The notes below the pieces were generated by a model. The model was given only the letters and a program-made list of their open reading frames with translations, was not told the DNA's origin and ran no database searches. A stretch of 54,183 nt of DNA from a virus (lineage: Duplodnaviria > Caudoviricetes), in the IMG/VR virus record IMGVR_UViG_3300031949_000050, positions 1 to 54,183 of that record; one strand, given 5' to 3'. Below, one piece after another: positions 16,378 to 25,966 of this stretch. Both the position numbers and the translations under genes were made by a program. Each line of letters starts with the position of its first letter. The first letter of the stretch is position 1.

Positions 16378-18059
16378 ATGGCTACTGGAGCCTCAATCCT
16401 TTAGGGGCTCGTTAAACCCTCTCTGATCAAGCTGAACCCTGAGATTGGGAACAGACTGCAAGCAGGCACGAGCCGGGCAGCAGTAGAGACTAAGCGAGAG
16501 GGCACCGAAAGGTGATGCGATAGTCCGTCCTCTGGCGAAGGCGAAGCCGGAGAGGCTGGCGGAAACGACCAGCCCGGTGAGGTGAGCGTAGTCTCACAGG
16601 TAACAGCAGAGTCGAGGACATTAGCACAGAACTGAAGAACCTCTAAAAAAGGGTGGAGGTTTAAAACCCTCTCTGATTGACTTGGACCCTGAGATGGGAA
16701 CAAGGCGGAAGGCCAGTGGCCACCGTGACAGACTGAGCGAGAGGGCCGCCGCGAGGCGGATGCGACAGTCGGGTCTGCATCGAATTGGAAGATGCAGAGG
16801 TTGGCAGAAATGACCAACCCGCGCCGCAAGGCGAGGTAACAGACCCGGATGACCCTCCGGGCTCATTCGAAGAGCCTGTCAACAAGGAGGCCCCGTATCG
16901 GGCCGCCTTGAACCGCGTCGATCTGAAGATGGTCGAAGGGATCGCGAAGATTCCGCTCGGCCTGCACTCGGCGTGGAACGTCAGCATGACGTCGGACGTC
17001 GGGACGTTCAACAGCCCTATCGACCCCACTCGGGTGCAGGGCGAAGTCACGCCGGAGCTGTTCTACGGGTCGTTCCAGATCGGCGTGAAGACCAAGATGG
17101 CCGCGAAGTCCGGGAAGTCCACGTTCCATCAGGGTGGGACGATGGCGGACCGGATCGAGAAGACGGTGGAGGATTTGGGGAAGTACATCAACCGGGTGTA
17201 CGCGGGCAGCAACCGCGGCGCGCTCGGGGTGGTGGAGGCGGACGGCGCGAACACGATCACCTTGGCTCGCCCCATCGGGGCGATCCTCGTGAACGTGAAC
17301 ATGCGCATCGAGGTTCGGGACGCGCTGACCGCGGGCGCGATCCGGGACTCGCTGTCGAACCGCACGATCACGGCGCGCAACAAGGACACTCGGGTCATCA
17401 CGTACGGCGGTGCTAACCAGACCGCCGTGGCCGGGGACTTCGTGTTCATGGCCGGCTCCTACGGCCGGACGGTGAACACGCTCAACGACATCGTGGATGA
17501 CGGGACGACGGTGGATTCGATCTTCGGCCAGTCGCGCACGACCTACCCATCGCTGAAGGCGATCGTGCTCGGCAACGGCGGAACGCTGCGGAACCTGGAC
17601 GAGCAGCTCATCCTGAAGGCCATCGACGAGCCGCGGCGTGAGACCGGGAAGAAGATCACCCGCGTGCTCAGCAACTCGGGGCAGGCTCGCAAGTACGTGG
17701 AGTTCGTGGCTCCCGACCGGCGCTATCCGTTCGCGCCGGGGCAGAAGACGCCGCAGTACGGCATCGGCTACGAAGACGGCAGCCTGCCGATCGTGGCTCC
17801 TGGGGTTAACGCCAAGCTCGAGGTGGACTTCGACATCCCGACCAGGCAGATGTACTTCCTGGCCTGGGACGTGTTCGGGCTCTACCAGGCCATGGGCGTG
17901 GACTGGATCGACGACGACGCGCTGCTGAAGATGGTCCCCACGGACGGGGGCCACAAGGCGGGGTTCTTGGCGTACGTCGGTTGCGTGGAGAATCAGTTCT
18001 CCACGATGCTGGCGTGCAACTCCAAGCTGTCGGATCTTCGCGATCCGATCTACGACTGA
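16378..18059 (+). CDS. Major capsid protein, spliced: exons 16378-16393, 16612-16644 and 16852(or 16843)-18059; about 418-421 aa
   Basis: GAGGT RBS before ATG 16378. Joining the exons gives MATGAFEDISTELKNLYP(DDP)PGSFEEPVNKEAPY.... Size and position after the scaffold fit a capsid protein. Confidence 0.8.
16394..16611 (+). ncRNA. Group I self-splicing intron 1 (218 nt, no ORF)
   Basis: P1: exon GAGCCU with IGS GGGCUC (16405-16410), U-G pair at the splice site. P3: CCCUCUC (16417-23) with GAGAGGG (16496-502). P7: GACUA (16488-92) with UAGUC (16521-25). P8: CACC-GAAA-GGUG. P9 hairpins follow, and terminal G16611 restores the frame. Confidence 0.88.
16645..16851 (+). ncRNA. Group I self-splicing intron 2 (207 nt, or 198 nt if it ends at G16842; no ORF)
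   Basis: P1: exon AACCUCU with IGS GGAGGUU (16655-61), U-G pair. P10: AGGGU with 3' exon ACCCU. P3: CCCUCUC (16667-73) with GAGAGGG (16739-45). P7: GACUG (16731-35) with CAGUC (16766-70). P8: CCGCC-GCGA-GGCGG. Confidence 0.88.
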
Positions 18060-18146
18060 GGTAGACCAGCGTAAGTAGCTTCACCGGAACGCCGCGATTC
18101 CAGGCGTGACAGGCCGGAGAGGACGGCCAAAACGGAGGATGCTCCA

Positions 18147-18791
18147 ATGATCGTAAGCCGAAACATCGACTTCTCCCGCGGGGCCATCGGCCCAGGGATT
18201 CTCTCCAACCGAGACGTGGACTTCAACCTGGATCTTCAGACGTTCCGTGGCGATCGTCCGATCAGGCTCAACTCCCGCAACTGGACTGGCACTGGCGGCT
18301 CGCACATCGGGTTCCAGGCGAAGCCGGCTCAGGCCACTTCGATGGCCAACAACGTGATCGGGTGTGAGATCAGTCCCCGGCTCAACTCCGGAGTGGCTCT
18401 CACTGGAAGCGGATCCATCATCGGGGCACACATCGATGCCTTTCTCCGGGGCACGGCTGCCGGCACCGTGGCCGGCGACGTACGGGTGCTCAACCTCGAG
18501 GCGGTGACGGATGACGCGGGGACGCGGACCATCAGCGGCAACGTGTCCATGTTGCGGTTCCGAGCCGCGTTCTCGGCCACGACGATCACCGGGAAGTTTG
18601 TCCCCATCCGGATCGAGGCCGCAGAAGCGCAGACGAACAGCAAGCAGTTCGATGCCGTGCTCGAGTTGCCGGGGACGGTCGGTGGAGTGTGGCACGACAC
18701 CCAGACGTCGGCCACCGGGGCAGGGTTCATCAAGGTGCTGGTCAACGGCAACGCGCGGTACATCACCCTGACGTCCGGAGCTCCCAGCTAG
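18147..18791 (+). CDS. Putative virion protein (head decoration or fibre-like)
   Basis: GGAGG RBS, directly after the capsid gene, beta-rich, C-terminal GFIKVLVNGNARYI. Confidence 0.6.
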   Translation: MIVSRNIDFSRGAIGPGILSNRDVDFNLDLQTFRGDRPIRLNSRNWTGTGGSHIGFQAKPAQATSMANNVIGCEISPRLNSGVALTGSGSIIGAHIDAFLRGTAAGTVAGDVRVLNLEAVTDDAGTRTISGNVSMLRFRAAFSATTITGKFVPIRIEAAEAQTNSKQFDAVLELPGTVGGVWHDTQTSATGAGFIKVLVNGNARYITLTSGAPS

Positions 18792-18794
18792 ATC

Positions 18795-19088
18795 ATGACT
18801 CCAGAGAAGATCCGAGAGCGTATCCAGGGGTTGCTGGGGCGACGCGACGAGGCGCTCGCCCTGGCGCACTCCCTCGACGGTGCGGTGCAGGACTGCGAGT
18901 ATTGGCTTAAGGAGCTAGAGAAGGATGGCCAAGAAGAAGGACGAGCCGAGGCCGGAGCCGAAGCCAACTCCGGTGACAACGACAACGGACATAGCGGTGG
19001 ACTTGGACTCAGCCTTGTCTCTGCTGGACACGAAGGTGGCGCTCCCGTTGTCGGACATGCTGGCGGGGCTGAGGCGGAAGGACCGTAG
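18795..19088 (+). CDS. Small helical hypothetical protein
   Basis: GGAG RBS; LDGAVQDCEYWLKEL helix; 3' half overlaps 18925..19296. Confidence 0.45.
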   Translation: MTPEKIRERIQGLLGRRDEALALAHSLDGAVQDCEYWLKELEKDGQEEGRAEAGAEANSGDNDNGHSGGLGLSLVSAGHEGGAPVVGHAGGAEAEGP

Positions 19089-19296
19089 CGCGGTCCCGCC
19101 AGTCCACGTCAGTGCCGCCGGGTTCACGGCGTGCGAGCACGCGCTGCTGGCGGTGAACCGTTCCCTCGCGCCGCTGTACATCGCGGTCGGCAAGGACATC
19201 TCGGTGTCGCTGAAGCAGCAGGCGATCGACTTGGTGTCAGCGTGCTTCAAGCAGAAGGAGGGCGGCACGGCTCCCAATGAGCCGGTGGAAGAGTAG
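18925..19296 (+). CDS. Hypothetical protein
   Basis: Plausible RBS and composition; its stop abuts the next ATG. Confidence 0.55.
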   Translation: MAKKKDEPRPEPKPTPVTTTTDIAVDLDSALSLLDTKVALPLSDMLAGLRRKDRSAVPPVHVSAAGFTACEHALLAVNRSLAPLYIAVGKDISVSLKQQAIDLVSACFKQKEGGTAPNEPVEE

Positions 19297-20046
19297 ATGC
19301 CGCTCCCGTCCTGGCTTCTGGAGCCGAACGCGACCAAGCGTGTCGGGCCGATCCCTCACGGCATAGCGGGCTCGCGTTGGACCGCCCCCGGCTGGAGACT
19401 CGTCGGGGAGGACCACTACACAGCCATCCCGGTTCCAGGGTACGAGATGGATCCTGACATCCTGCGGGCCATCCGCGTCTTCGACCCCGGAGCCGTGCCC
19501 ATCTGGAGAAAGCAGCTTTGGCTCGCGCCGGGGAAGAACGACCAGCCGGCGTTGTTCGTCCATCATGCCCTCGCCCGGTGGGTGGCGCATCCCAGGGCCT
19601 ACGAGCTCAGGCTGAAGCGGCTGGAGTTGCCGAACGACTGGAGCGGCCCGGTCCCCAACGTCATAGACGTGGTGCTGGAGAACTCCGACTGCGCTCGGGT
19701 GCTGAAGCACGGCGGGCCTGGGATGTACATCGAATGGGACGACTGGCTTGAGAAGTTCTGCCGCCGGGCGTGGGAGGAAGTGAGCCTCAAGCGGTTTGAC
19801 TCCGCGATGAAGGCGCTCCAGGCGAAGCGTGAGGCCGAGGCGGCCAAGGAATGGCGGTCGCTCGAGGAACGGCGTATTGACCTGGACGACTGGATCGTCC
19901 GGCAGCGAGAACAGGGTAGACTTAGCCGTGACAACTGGTTGGAGTACGAGCACAAGAGGAAGCAGATCATCGTCGGCAAGAGCCGAGTGATGGCGTTCCT
20001 CAACGGTGGATCCGGGCCGACCCTGGATCAGGAGGCAATGGCATGA
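19297..20046 (+). CDS. Hypothetical protein
   Basis: Long coupled ORF in the head module. Confidence 0.65.
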   Translation: MPLPSWLLEPNATKRVGPIPHGIAGSRWTAPGWRLVGEDHYTAIPVPGYEMDPDILRAIRVFDPGAVPIWRKQLWLAPGKNDQPALFVHHALARWVAHPRAYELRLKRLELPNDWSGPVPNVIDVVLENSDCARVLKHGGPGMYIEWDDWLEKFCRRAWEEVSLKRFDSAMKALQAKREAEAAKEWRSLEERRIDLDDWIVRQREQGRLSRDNWLEYEHKRKQIIVGKSRVMAFLNGGSGPTLDQEAMA

Positions 20047-20825
20047 GCAGTGCGACGATGAGCGTGGCCGGACTCGGCGTGGACTTCGAGCGCAAACGGC
20101 AGTTCGTGATCGGGTGGCCTGGGGACGAGGAGTGGATCGAAGTCTGCTGGGACGGCCGGATCACCTGGATCCCCGGACGGGGAACGGTGGCGGACACGAA
20201 ACGCAACAGCCGCTTTCGGTGGCCCGCAGCCAAGACTTCATCTGGACAGCCCATCCCGGGGACGGTCTGCATCGAAGACGAGATGGCGGTGAACGACTTC
20301 GGGACGGTTACGAAGAAGTTTGATGCCCTGGCGTACTGCAAGGGCCTCGCGTCTCAGACGTTGCTGATGCAGCGTGGGCTGATCATCGTGGACGACGTGA
20401 CCAAGCTGCCTGCGATCTGGGAACAGGCGCGGGAGTTGTGGGAGGCCGCGGAGGACAAGAACGCCGAGCTGATCTTGCGGCAGGAGCTCGAGCGCATGGC
20501 TAGGTGGGACAGCAAGGGCCAGCCTGCGCCGCCGCCGCCGAACGTGGCAGAGATCAGCAGGGCCAAGGAGCACATCGAACGCCGCCGGGAGACGGGCAAG
20601 ATCAAGTCGTTCACCAAGGATGACCTGCTGAAGGCGCTCAACATCACGGTGCCGTCGCTGCCTTCCGTTCCGGTGTCGTTGCCTGCGGCGGCCCCGCCGG
20701 AGCCGCCCCCGGAGCCCCCGGACCTGTCTGGGGTGGAGGGATCGTTCCTCCCGGAAGATCCGGAGGAACGGAAACGCGCGGCGTTGGCGGGGGTGAGGAA
20801 GAACCTCGTACGTCGCGGTCGGTAG
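20043..20825 (+). CDS. Hypothetical protein
   Basis: AGGAGG RBS; coupled ORF. Confidence 0.65.
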   Translation: MSSATMSVAGLGVDFERKRQFVIGWPGDEEWIEVCWDGRITWIPGRGTVADTKRNSRFRWPAAKTSSGQPIPGTVCIEDEMAVNDFGTVTKKFDALAYCKGLASQTLLMQRGLIIVDDVTKLPAIWEQARELWEAAEDKNAELILRQELERMARWDSKGQPAPPPPNVAEISRAKEHIERRRETGKIKSFTKDDLLKALNITVPSLPSVPVSLPAAAPPEPPPEPPDLSGVEGSFLPEDPEERKRAALAGVRKNLVRRGR

Positions 20826-20849
20826 TCAGACTGCTGTCGGGGGTGACCC

Positions 20850-21536
20850 ATGAACGTCACGGAAATCATCGACCAGGTGATGCAGCGGACGGATGGGATC
20901 ACCCCCGCTGATGCCGACTATGCGGATCGACGTCAGAGGATCCTTGAGTATCTACGAGAAATCGTGGCCGAGGTCTGGTTCTACAGGCAATGGCGGTGGC
21001 GACGGCGCTCGGCGACGATCACCTTCCTGGCCAACACGCCAACCGCCCTCACCCCGACTGACTTTCTGGACATCGGTCCGTACGGGTCGCTGACGCGCTC
21101 CGATGGCGTGCAACTGGAGTGGGTCCCCGAGTCCAGGATCATCGTGAGCCGTAGGAGCGGGTTCACCACGGCGAGCCCCGAGTGTTACTCCGTCTTCGGC
21201 CAGGACGATGAGACGCCGTTCTTGCAGCTTCTTCAGATCGAGACGAACAACGTGGAGATCGCCCTGCAACTGGAGTACGAGACCACGGTGCCGACGCTGT
21301 TAGAGACGGATGCGGACACCATAGCGGAACTCAACAAGATCCCACAGGCGTACCATCAACTCGTTTTGGTCCCTGGGCTACGTTACAAGACGGAGGCCAG
21401 CAAGGGAGACGGCAAGAGCGCTCAGAGCCTTGCAGAGTACCAGCGCGGGCTGAAGTACATGACGGAGATCGAGCGCCGGGGCAAGGACACGCTTTTGCGG
21501 CTGCCGTCGTTCTTCGGTGAGGGCTGGTACCGATGA
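20850..21536 (+). CDS. Head-to-tail adaptor (podovirus tubular protein A-like)
   Basis: MNVTEIIDQV...ILEYL...WRWRR...PTDFLDI...IPQAYHQLVLV pattern, size and position. Confidence 0.7.
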   Translation: MNVTEIIDQVMQRTDGITPADADYADRRQRILEYLREIVAEVWFYRQWRWRRRSATITFLANTPTALTPTDFLDIGPYGSLTRSDGVQLEWVPESRIIVSRRSGFTTASPECYSVFGQDDETPFLQLLQIETNNVEIALQLEYETTVPTLLETDADTIAELNKIPQAYHQLVLVPGLRYKTEASKGDGKSAQSLAEYQRGLKYMTEIERRGKDTLLRLPSFFGEGWYR

Positions 21537-23233
21537 AGTGGACGCCGACCCCGGACAGTAAGCCGTTCACGTACCGGGTGGGGATGGGGGACATGCCTGG
21601 GTTCCGTGGCATGGACCGGGATTCCGATCCTGGGGCCGTGGCTCCAACGCGCTTTCATCTGCTACAGAATGCTCGCCTAGACGGGCCTCCGCAATCGAGG
21701 CGCGTGATCTGTCGTGGTGGCCAGAGCAAGCTGCACACTGCTGCTCTGAGCAAGACGCCGCGCGGGATCTTTGAGTTTGGGTTGGACCGTGGTGGGGACG
21801 GAGGGAGTTCCACAATCTCAATGCGACCAGACATCGTTCTCTTGGCTAATGCTCCTGCCGATGCGTCGTTCGGGTGCGGGTTTATGGCTGACGGCGTGAT
21901 CTTCGGGAACAACCCGCAAGGTGCGTTGAACCATGTCCCTGGCGATGTAGGCGCTGCGGCGGTACCAGGGTACGTCTCATTCGTCCCCTGTGCTGTTCAA
22001 GTGGAGCAGGGAGAATTTGACCGTACGGTGAGGCTTCAGCGGAAAGGCACGTCTCTGGACAAGGGAGGGGCCAAGGATCGGCTCGAGCGCGATCCGACGT
22101 TGGGGTTCCGGCGGAACACGGTAAGCTCTCGGGTCGGGTACTTCATGGCGGTCGGAATCACCTACGATGGTGCCACCGCAGGTGACCCGGCGTTCATCCG
22201 GATCTATCAAGTAAGCCCTTCGGACACCAGGGCCAACGAAAGAGGCGCGCTCTCTATCTCAGTGGCGGCACAGCTTGAGTTTACCGGGACGACACTTGCC
22301 GCCGGACAGGGCAGGTTCATCACCGACGTCATCCCGTACCGAGGTGGAATCCTTTTCGCGCTCAAGACCAAGACTGCGGCAAACGGTGACACCACTCAGG
22401 TTTGGAAGTGGAGCCCGGCGAACGGGTTCACGCTGTTGCGGTCCACGGCCACGTCCCTTGCTCACTGCTACCTTGCGGCGAGCTCGGATGCGGTGGTGGC
22501 GTTTCACACCACGGCTTTTGACGACGTGACCATGACGATTCCCACCTTGGCGACCAACATCGTGGAGTGGGCCTTCGACCCATTTACTAGCTGGCAGTCA
22601 ATCTCTCTCGACGCGGCCGTGGTGGACCGCTTCAGGGCCGAAAGCGCGTTCTTCTGGAGGAACAAGTTCTATTTCGGTGGCTCTGGCATAGAGACGGCCT
22701 ACGTGTTGCTGGACACAGAGGCGGACAACGCCCACACGGGACCAGCGATGTACGCATGGACGCTCGGCGCAGCCACGGCGAGCGTCCTCTCCGGAAGTTT
22801 CGTGAAGCCGTGGCCTACCACGCCGTGGGTTGGAAGCGGTCTGCAAGCGAGGTTCGGCCAGGGCTACACGGCATTCGCGGTGCTCGGGCGGTCTCTGTAT
22901 GCGCTCTACGAAGACTCCCCCCAGAACCCAGGCAGCGGATTCCAAGCGCTGTTCACTCGCTTCTGGGTGGCCAAGTACGATGGGACCACATTCACCACAC
23001 AGTTTGGGTATACGGGGGTGGGGAACTCATCTCCCGATGTCGCGACAATCCGCGCCATTGATCTGTTCTCGGGCCACGGCAGATTGTACGCAGTGGGGCA
23101 GCTATCAAGTTCCACTCTGCGCCTCGGAACTTCAGTGGTGGATAACGCTTCGAGTTGGGCTTTCACCGGTTCAGCCGGAAGTACGTTTGCGAGTTCCAAC
23201 ATAGGTCAGGGCCATTGCGGCCTGGTGTTCTAG
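21533..23233 (+). CDS. Beta-propeller-like tail protein with a nozzle-type N-terminus
   Basis: GFRGMDRDSDP...LQNARL...RGG N-terminus followed by aromatic beta-strand repeats. Confidence 0.6.
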   Translation: MKWTPTPDSKPFTYRVGMGDMPGFRGMDRDSDPGAVAPTRFHLLQNARLDGPPQSRRVICRGGQSKLHTAALSKTPRGIFEFGLDRGGDGGSSTISMRPDIVLLANAPADASFGCGFMADGVIFGNNPQGALNHVPGDVGAAAVPGYVSFVPCAVQVEQGEFDRTVRLQRKGTSLDKGGAKDRLERDPTLGFRRNTVSSRVGYFMAVGITYDGATAGDPAFIRIYQVSPSDTRANERGALSISVAAQLEFTGTTLAAGQGRFITDVIPYRGGILFALKTKTAANGDTTQVWKWSPANGFTLLRSTATSLAHCYLAASSDAVVAFHTTAFDDVTMTIPTLATNIVEWAFDPFTSWQSISLDAAVVDRFRAESAFFWRNKFYFGGSGIETAYVLLDTEADNAHTGPAMYAWTLGAATASVLSGSFVKPWPTTPWVGSGLQARFGQGYTAFAVLGRSLYALYEDSPQNPGSGFQALFTRFWVAKYDGTTFTTQFGYTGVGNSSPDVATIRAIDLFSGHGRLYAVGQLSSSTLRLGTSVVDNASSWAFTGSAGSTFASSNIGQGHCGLVF

Positions 23234-25012
23234 GTGCTCATCGTCCCGCAGCTAAGCTCGGACGGCACAAAGGCGCTGAGCCGGAAGCGCCTTGATGACG
23301 CCGCGTTCAGCGCGCTCACCATCCCCGTGGACGTCGCGGTCAGCGGCGGGCTACGTCCGTCCGGGCAAGAGATCCTCGGGCGGCTGTACATCGTCGGGCA
23401 CTACGTACCGGGGCTGGTGGTGGGCGAGGACGCAGACTCCCCGACGTGGCGGCTTGGGATAGAGCCTCCGGCTGTCGCCCCGACGCTGGCGGTGGACACC
23501 ACGCCTACCGGGGGTACGGGGCTAACCGGACCAGCGCTTGGGCGGTGGCGCTTCGCGCACAAGAGGGATGGCCGCCTGATCGCGGCGTCCCCCATGGGCC
23601 CGGTATCGAACCTGATCAACTTGGTGTCACAGGCTCGGAAATGGACCAACCAGCCGAAGAACGCTTCGGTGCGGGTCACGCATCTCCAGGCAATGCTCTC
23701 CCAGAACGGAGGGCTGTTCCGACTCGCATGGGAACTCGAGATTGGGGCCATGGGCTCGAGCTTCACCGAGACCGTGCCAACGCTTGCCCTGGGAGACGCG
23801 GCCGACGAAGATGCGCAGCCGATGGTCTCCGCTGAGATCATGGCGGTGTACGCGCAACGTGCTTGGTACGCTCGCTTCGGGAAGGACAAGTACCGGGTGG
23901 CGTTCTCGGCCCCCAACGACCCCGAGATCATAGACGGGTTCGTGGAGACGCTGGACCGCTCGCCGGTTGTCGGCCTCGGGCCGCGGAGTGACGAGCTCAT
24001 TCTGTTTGGCGCGCACTCCATGCAGGCCGTGCGGGGGTTCACCGCCTCAGACTTCGTGGTCCACTTCGTACACCATTCGATCGGAACGGTGTCTCATCAC
24101 GGGATCGACAACATTCACGATCAGCTCTGGTTCCCGTACCTTGACGGCGTGTACGTGTACAACGGGGGGATACCTTTCAACGCGGCAGAGGCTATAAAGC
24201 CGCTGTGGGAATCCGACTTCAAGGCCAACCCCACAGCCTACTACGATTCCATCGCGTATCACGACGACTTCAAGAGCATCTACAAACTGCTGGCGCCACG
24301 GACGGAATCGCCAAAGAGCGTGTGGTGGATCGGCAACTATCATGACTTCTACCGGGGGGAGGGCGAAGTCATGTGGATGGTGGATGCGCGGAACCGCGAC
24401 GACGTTCAGGGGCTCCTCTCGAGACAGATCGGGGACACGGTGGTTGTCTCTGCCACCGACAAGTTTGTGCGTAAAGAGGACGTGGCCACGAATGGCGATG
24501 ACGACGGGGACACGTACAACAAGCTGCTGATCGTCAGGCACGGCGTGAACTTCTTCGGGACCCCTGGCGGCATGAACGAGGAGGGCAAGTCCTATCCGTT
24601 GCTCTACACGTTCCTCGAGAGCGAGCTCACCGCGTGGCGTCTCAACGTGATTGCTGGGGACAACACGGGGATCGTTCAGGCGATGCGCCCGGACAACATC
24701 CTGGCTTGGTGGAAGGAAGACGTCGCCGCGAGCGCGCTCACCGAGACGCGGGACATCGGTGGGGTGGATCATGACCTGGTGTTCACGCCAAAGGACGCGC
24801 ACATCCACTATCCGCAGCGCGTGTCGGGAAACGGGCTGTTGATCGAAGTGCGAGCCACGGCACCCAAGGGCCTCGTGTACTACGGCTACGGCGGATGGTG
24901 GGTGCCGGGACCTACCGGAAGGCCGCCGGCAAGCGACGATCCAGAGGGTGGCGCTCCGGTGGGCGGCGGTGGAGGATTCGGGGACACGCCGCCTCCGTCA
25001 GAGGGGGAATGA
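23234..25012 (+). CDS. Tail nozzle / packaged-DNA stabilisation protein (P22 gp10 or T7 gp12-like)
   Basis: RVAFSAPNDPE, PVVGLG...LILFG, SIGTVSHHGI...LWFPYLDGVYVYNG propeller motifs; follows the adaptor. Confidence 0.7.
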   Translation: MLIVPQLSSDGTKALSRKRLDDAAFSALTIPVDVAVSGGLRPSGQEILGRLYIVGHYVPGLVVGEDADSPTWRLGIEPPAVAPTLAVDTTPTGGTGLTGPALGRWRFAHKRDGRLIAASPMGPVSNLINLVSQARKWTNQPKNASVRVTHLQAMLSQNGGLFRLAWELEIGAMGSSFTETVPTLALGDAADEDAQPMVSAEIMAVYAQRAWYARFGKDKYRVAFSAPNDPEIIDGFVETLDRSPVVGLGPRSDELILFGAHSMQAVRGFTASDFVVHFVHHSIGTVSHHGIDNIHDQLWFPYLDGVYVYNGGIPFNAAEAIKPLWESDFKANPTAYYDSIAYHDDFKSIYKLLAPRTESPKSVWWIGNYHDFYRGEGEVMWMVDARNRDDVQGLLSRQIGDTVVVSATDKFVRKEDVATNGDDDGDTYNKLLIVRHGVNFFGTPGGMNEEGKSYPLLYTFLESELTAWRLNVIAGDNTGIVQAMRPDNILAWWKEDVAASALTETRDIGGVDHDLVFTPKDAHIHYPQRVSGNGLLIEVRATAPKGLVYYGYGGWWVPGPTGRPPASDDPEGGAPVGGGGGFGDTPPPSEGE

Positions 25013-25139
25013 TCGTGCTTGACACCGCGCAAGTTGTGGCCGCACAATACGTCACGAGAAGCGGCGCAGTCGCGCCCTTTCCTGGCCAGCGGGCCGACCC
25101 CGATAGCCCGAGGGGCATGGCGTCGCGGGAGAGCACGCG

Positions 25140-25955
25140 ATGGCTGTGAACTACAGGCCGGGAGTCAAGATGCCATCGCAGCGCCCTCCGGGCGGTGGCT
25201 CCATGCAGCAGACGCTCACCCCCATCCCGGCGCGAGAAAGAACTCCGTATACGGTACGCCCGCAGAACCTCGCGCCTGGATACGTCATGGGTCCGGACGG
25301 AAGGCCCGTGTGGGTGGGAGAACGTGAGGCGGCGCGACAGCGGGGTGGCGGCCCCGGGTTCGGTGGATCGAACGTCCCAGGGTCGGCCGGTATCGGCGGC
25401 GGGGGAGGTGGTGGAACCGACGTCGGGGCATGGCTGAAGTCCATCATGGGAGGCGGCGGGGGAGGACCCATCGGAGGCGCAGGGATCGGGGAGGCTGGAG
25501 GCACAACCATCTCTGCTCAGGCTGATCCGCGGCTCGAGGCGCTGCAGAAGCGGTACACCGATTGGCTCACTCAGTACGAGCAGGGTACTGGGCACGCCTC
25601 TGAGGTCGCTGGCCAGCGCGCGCAAGAGGCGTTGATGGGTGGCCGCAAGATGATGGAGGAGCGCTCTGCGCTCACCGGGCGGCCCATTGATGAGACGCGC
25701 TACGCCGCCGAGGTGGCTCGGGCCGGGGCCGGTGGCGCTGCCGCCGAGGCGTTGCGGCGAGAGGAAACGCTAGGCCAGGCGATCAGCGGCGGGTTGCCAC
25801 TCGCCGGGTCGGTGGGTGAGGCGCAGCGGGCGGAAAAAGGGCTTGGGCTTCAGGCGCGCGGCCAGGACATTCAGGCGCGGCAGGCAGAGGCGCAGATCGC
25901 TCAGTCGAGACTGGATCAGTTCCTTAGACTGCTCCAGGCCATGGGCGGGTTCTAG
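25140..25955 (+). CDS. Putative internal virion (DNA ejection) protein
   Basis: Gly/Ala/Gln-rich and helical, QARGQDIQ motif, located after the nozzle. Confidence 0.55.
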   Translation: MAVNYRPGVKMPSQRPPGGGSMQQTLTPIPARERTPYTVRPQNLAPGYVMGPDGRPVWVGEREAARQRGGGPGFGGSNVPGSAGIGGGGGGGTDVGAWLKSIMGGGGGGPIGGAGIGEAGGTTISAQADPRLEALQKRYTDWLTQYEQGTGHASEVAGQRAQEALMGGRKMMEERSALTGRPIDETRYAAEVARAGAGGAAAEALRREETLGQAISGGLPLAGSVGEAQRAEKGLGLQARGQDIQARQAEAQIAQSRLDQFLRLLQAMGGF

Positions 25956-25966
25956 GGGAGGGCAAG

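Noticed and set aside
16785-16842. ORF-track start (TTG 16785) for the capsid protein
   Set aside because: It lies inside the P9 region of intron 2 and has no convincing RBS; the spliced model gives a proper RBS, ATG and N-terminus.
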